This document shows positions 59,855 to 64,000 of a stretch of 64,000 nt of DNA, piece after piece. Source of the stretch: Lophium mytilinum (lineage: Eukaryota); NCBI GenBank assembly GCA_010093605.1, contig MU004194.1:1588323-1652322 (forward strand), given 5' to 3'. Positions within the stretch are counted from its first letter, which is position 1, and each line of letters begins with the position of its first letter. The notes under the pieces are model-generated. The model saw only the letters and a program-made list of their open reading frames with translations, had not been told where the DNA came from and made no database searches. A program made the position numbers and the translations under genes.

Positions 59855-61367
59855 CGTGTCCGCAAAGAGTCTCCCGAGACTCTATCGCAGTCCTTCGTTC
59901 AGTAGTATGAGTCGTGATAAGTGGCGGTCGTGGTCGTGGTCTCGCCGTGGCAAAGCGTGAAGGCTCGAAAGCTGAGTCGTGGTTCGTATCGATAGGGCCG
60001 GGCTGGAGAGGCCAGATGGCACGGCCGAGCGCGGCGTCAAGTATGGTGATGCAGGTGGCTAACAGGCTGTTCCTGAGGCAGGACGGTCGAGGGGCAGTCG
60101 CGATGGATGCAGGACGGGGAAGGGAGAGGCCGTTCGCGTTTCACCAAACGCCTGAGAGGGGACGAGGTGGTTTGACAGGTGGGCAGAAAGCGAGTGGGTG
60201 CCGCGGTCGGCGAACGAGTGTCGGGGAGGCAGCGCACGGAGAGTATATCGAATGGTTTGTAGCGGCGTGTGTTTTGATGGAGGGAAGGGTGGTTAAAGGA
60301 GGCGCATCTCAGTCAGCGTTTTTCGAAGTGCCGGCGCGTCAGGCTGGATTTTGGCGCTGAACCTGGCTCTCTGCTCAAGGTTGCAGCTGGAGACAGCGCC
60401 GCGGGAGCAGGGGCGCCACTACTAAAGTGCTCCACTCAGCGGCCCTTGGTCCACGTCTACGCAAGCCTGGGCAATCCGTCACATGTTGCATCTCCTGCAT
60501 CGCGCCGATCGACATGAAACGCTTGCACCGCTGAGGCGATCGCGGCGATTGGCGATGGGCAAAGCACTGGAATTGACTCTATCTGTCTATCACGACTTGA
60601 ATGCCTCAACACCAGGGAAAATCTCGAAAAATCTGAAGCTATAAATATACCGTATTTGAACAGCAGGGCCTGATTTGTATTGGAGGCCACGCCTCCTGGG
60701 GCGCCCTAGTAGTTTGCGGCTAGGTGCAGATCGAGCACGAGCGTCACGAGATTGAAGGTAACAGACGGGCCAAAGCAGTAGATCCACAGATTTGCTACGT
60801 GTTCGGAAAGGTGAGAAAGACACCTGAATTAGTAGCCCAAGTGTCAGTGCATGGTGCAGAAGTGGTGAACAGCAGATCGCATCGGCTTCAATATTTTGTA
60901 CAAAAGTGCCAGGCCAAAACGCCGGAAGACGCCATAACCGATGGTCCCGGTAGCCCTACGACGAACAGACCGGTACCTGACCAGCGCCAGCTTATCACCT
61001 GTCCCCATTGCTGCGCCCCAAGCTTAGTCACACTGACCAGGCCTGAATATCGCCACCACTATCAGAAGATAGCAGAAGCTTTGATCGCACCCAGATACCC
61101 AGGAACCAGATCCCAGAACATGTAAACCCAGCCCCCAGTGCCAACCACGGAGAAAGAAACGCCAATTATCACCAGAACCAAGGAAGGGATCCGTCGTGCA
61201 AGAACATAGAAAGGTAAAACTCGCTCACCTTTTGAGAACTGTAGCAGTCAACTCTGGAATCCATCCAACTTTTCCATTAATCCCTGTGCTGTGAGCTATG
61301 TCAGTGTCGAAGCCTCCAAAGTGAATTCCGCTGGACGGCGCTGGCAGCCATGGGCGCTAGAGCCAGA

Positions 61368-61439
61368 GTCGCCATTCGCCAGAAGTCGCCATTCGCCCGT
61401 TGCCGTTCGCCATTCGCCGTTCGCCATTCGCCGTTCGCC
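61368..61439. repeat. Imperfect heptamer minisatellite (TTCGCCA/G)n
   Basis: Visible directly: tcgccattcgccgttcgccattcgccgttcgcc. Confidence 0.85.
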
Positions 61440-61684
61440 TGGATCCATATGTGTGGTGTAGATACGTACCATGATTTCTGGAACAATGTCCAAATCAAAC
61501 ACTCTGTGATAGAGCCAGCCAGTCAGCCATATGGCCGTGACACCTAGAAGTTAGTAGTAGTACAAGACTGAGATTCTAAAATTGACTGCTTGAAGTCGGG
61601 TTAGAGGGTATTGCCTCGCAAAAAAACGTGCCAAGACATTACTGCCGAGTGTAGTACGCGACCTGGTCGCATCTGAGCGCATAT

Positions 61685-64000
61685 TCAGTCCAGCCGCGTC
61701 TTCTTGTGAATATCTTGTTCATCGTCTTCCTGATCGTCGCGGGAGCGTTTGGCTGGAGGCGATGCGCTGGGTCGGTGAGCCACCTGCAGAGTCTCCAGAA
61801 CGGTCTTGGGTGCCGCTGGAGGTGACTCGTCTTCATCATCATCGTAGTCGATTGAGTCCGAATCGTAGCCAGCGTCCCCCTTGACAGCCTTCACCTTGCT
61901 AGTAGTCGGAAGGCTACCGTTTGCTTTCTGATCAGCGACGTGGCTGGCGTCAGGGTTCGGCAAGGTCTCGTCTTCGAAGTCGAGGTAGTCTCCGACCTCG
62001 TCGCCATCGTAATTAATTTCGTCGAAACCAGCGCCGTCGCCACCATTGCCGGCAGTGTCTTCGTACGACTCTTGCCCTTGATATTCTTGGCCATGCTCTT
62101 GGTCACCTTCTTGGAAGTTGTAATGGCCTTGCTCGAACTCTGGGGCGTAATTCTGGTCAAAGCCCTCACCAAAGTCATAGTCAGCTTCGTGCTCGAATTG
62201 GCTCGCGTGCTGCGTATCGTCAATGTCATGGAGTTGTTCCAATCCGCCTGCAACGTCTTGCTCGGTGTCGTGCTTGGTATCGCTAGTCAGCGCTTGTTCG
62301 AGCTCCTTCTCAAGCTCGAGGTCCAAGTCAAACTCATCCTCTCCTGTCCGCTGCTGACCTTGTCCGGGCGACTGGAATGTGCCTACTGCTTCGCCTTGGA
62401 CACCATTCAAGGTAGTAGCATTTGCATCTGTCGAACCGAAGTCGTCGTCGAGTTCGTCCAAGTCATCAAAGTCATCTTCCGGATGATGTGGCTGGCTGCC
62501 AGCTGCTGGATCAACTGGGCCCGTTGGTGGCTGATTTGCGTCGCCTTGAACTGTTGAAGAAGCTGAAGAAGGGCCTGACCCGGAATTTCCCACGTTGGGC
62601 GTCGGATTAGTGTCCGCTTCGTCGTCGGAATAATCGATCAGATCATCATCATCGATGACGTCTTTACGGGGTTCCGGTACTGCCTTGCTCTCCGGCTTGT
62701 GTTCAACTTGCTTTGCGGCGGTACTAACGTCAGTTCCAGCGGGCCCGTTGTCTTCAGTGCTGGTCTTGACATGGCTTGCTGTTGAGGCATCCGCGGTCAA
62801 GCCCTCCACTTGGGTGTCGAGCTCAAGGAGGTCATCCAATTTGGTCTCTGCTGGATCATGCGCCACGATAACCTCTGTTCCCTGTTCGGCACTGTGCTGC
62901 TCTTGCGCAGTGTGACCTGGATATTCATCATGAGCGTCGTCCTCCCCCAGCTCGTTCGAACCGTCTCGCTGTTCATGCACATCTATGGAGGCGTCAAACT
63001 GTCCGAAGTGCTCGTTTTCGGCGTCTTCGTAGGGCGGATACTCCGAGTCGTCTTCGTCGGAATGTTCGAGGAATGTTAGCTGCGATATACCTTGTCCTTG
63101 GGAAGCAGCCTCGCCTAGTTGAGCCAAACGAGTAGAGAATCGGGTTTTGACTGAGAGAGTCATGTATAAGGGATCAGGATCAGGCACACCGTCGTGTTGG
63201 CAGAGCGAGAGATAAGTATAGAGGATCTGGGAAAAGTTCACTTTGGATGCAAAAACACAGTCCTATAGTTTGTTAGTTTTTGAGAAGAGTAGAGAGCAGG
63301 AATATGCGCAGACTTACTTCACGAATGCATAAGCCAAGCTTAGCTATGTCCATCTCCAACTCGCCCTCATCGCCGATCGTGTCACCGAGGACGGTTCTGC
63401 AAGCTTGCAAGAGCTCATAGATACTCCGGTGCGCGATTGATTCATCTTCGAGGAAGTAGGTTTGGGACTCATCCTCCACGCGAGGATGGAAAAGTGACAT
63501 TGGCTGATTCTCACCATAGATCACGATGACAGGGTGGAGGGAAGGAGGACCCGTAGAGTAATTGTCCTCGTGCTGGGAAGGAGAATTTGCGAACTCTTCG
63601 AAATCATCATGACCTGCATAGGGGGAGCCGGAATCACCATGAGTCGGCACTTCATCCTGGTCTTTATGTTTCTCACCTAGCGAGCCGGGTGGGCTGATGT
63701 AATGCGGCTGTTCTTCGCTCTGCGTAACATCGGCCGTAACAAGATTCGAGGAAGTGGTTTCGATATTGTCGGCTGAACCGTCTACAACGGGAAGGGAGGG
63801 TGCGGGTTGCGCATTACCGTGGGGAGTTGGTGAAAGAGCAGCAGGTACTGTATGAGTGATCACATCTTCTTGCACAGCTTGTTCCGCAGTTTTCGGGGCC
63901 ATATCATCAAAGGATTGTCCATATTGGGCCTGGGTGGTTAAGAGCTCTTGTCCGACAGCGCCGGGTTCCTTGGAGATCTCGTCGTCGAAGTCGAAATCGA
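61685..64000 (-). CDS. Highly acidic protein with DUF2420/Rmr1-like domain, 5' end beyond the window; intron ~63264-63318
   Basis: 'HPVIVIY..MSLF', 'YFLEDE..ELLQACRTVL', 'LGLCIRE', 'DG..DPDPLYMTL..RFSTRL'; C-terminal 'KRSR..KKTR' NLS-like motif. Confidence 0.75.

Noticed and set aside
61296..61502. ORFs with repeated 'ANGEWR' peptides; also considered as a CRISPR-like array
   Set aside because: Translation artefact of a heptamer minisatellite; there are no spacers and the context is eukaryotic.

Overview
Intron-containing genomic DNA of a filamentous ascomycete (Pezizomycotina). About 25 genes are recognisable. Conserved housekeeping genes lie mostly towards the ends: ATG27, a DAO-family FAD oxidoreductase, an OYE flavin oxidoreductase, a CPFS glutaredoxin, a KUP/HAK K+ transporter, a sugar porter, APC4, a NIPA Mg2+ transporter and a DUF2420/Rmr1-like gene. 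Two accessory-looking stretches lie between them. The first (~10-16 kb) holds an MFS gene, a HET-domain gene and gene remnants. The second (~26-46 kb) holds a kinase-like pseudogene, a secreted truncated-globin-like protein, an ankyrin/CorA-like protein, a reductase/Zn2Cys6/GST trio, a 311-bp foldback element and an F-box-like gene. The top finding is a putative regulated cell-death module at 38.5-43.7 kb: a fungal gasdermin (HET-Q1/RCD-1-like) transcribed divergently from a cytosolic TPR-linker-subtilisin (S8) protease, with a small Cys-rich single-pass membrane protein gene between them. All family calls are by eye from motifs; no searches were run.
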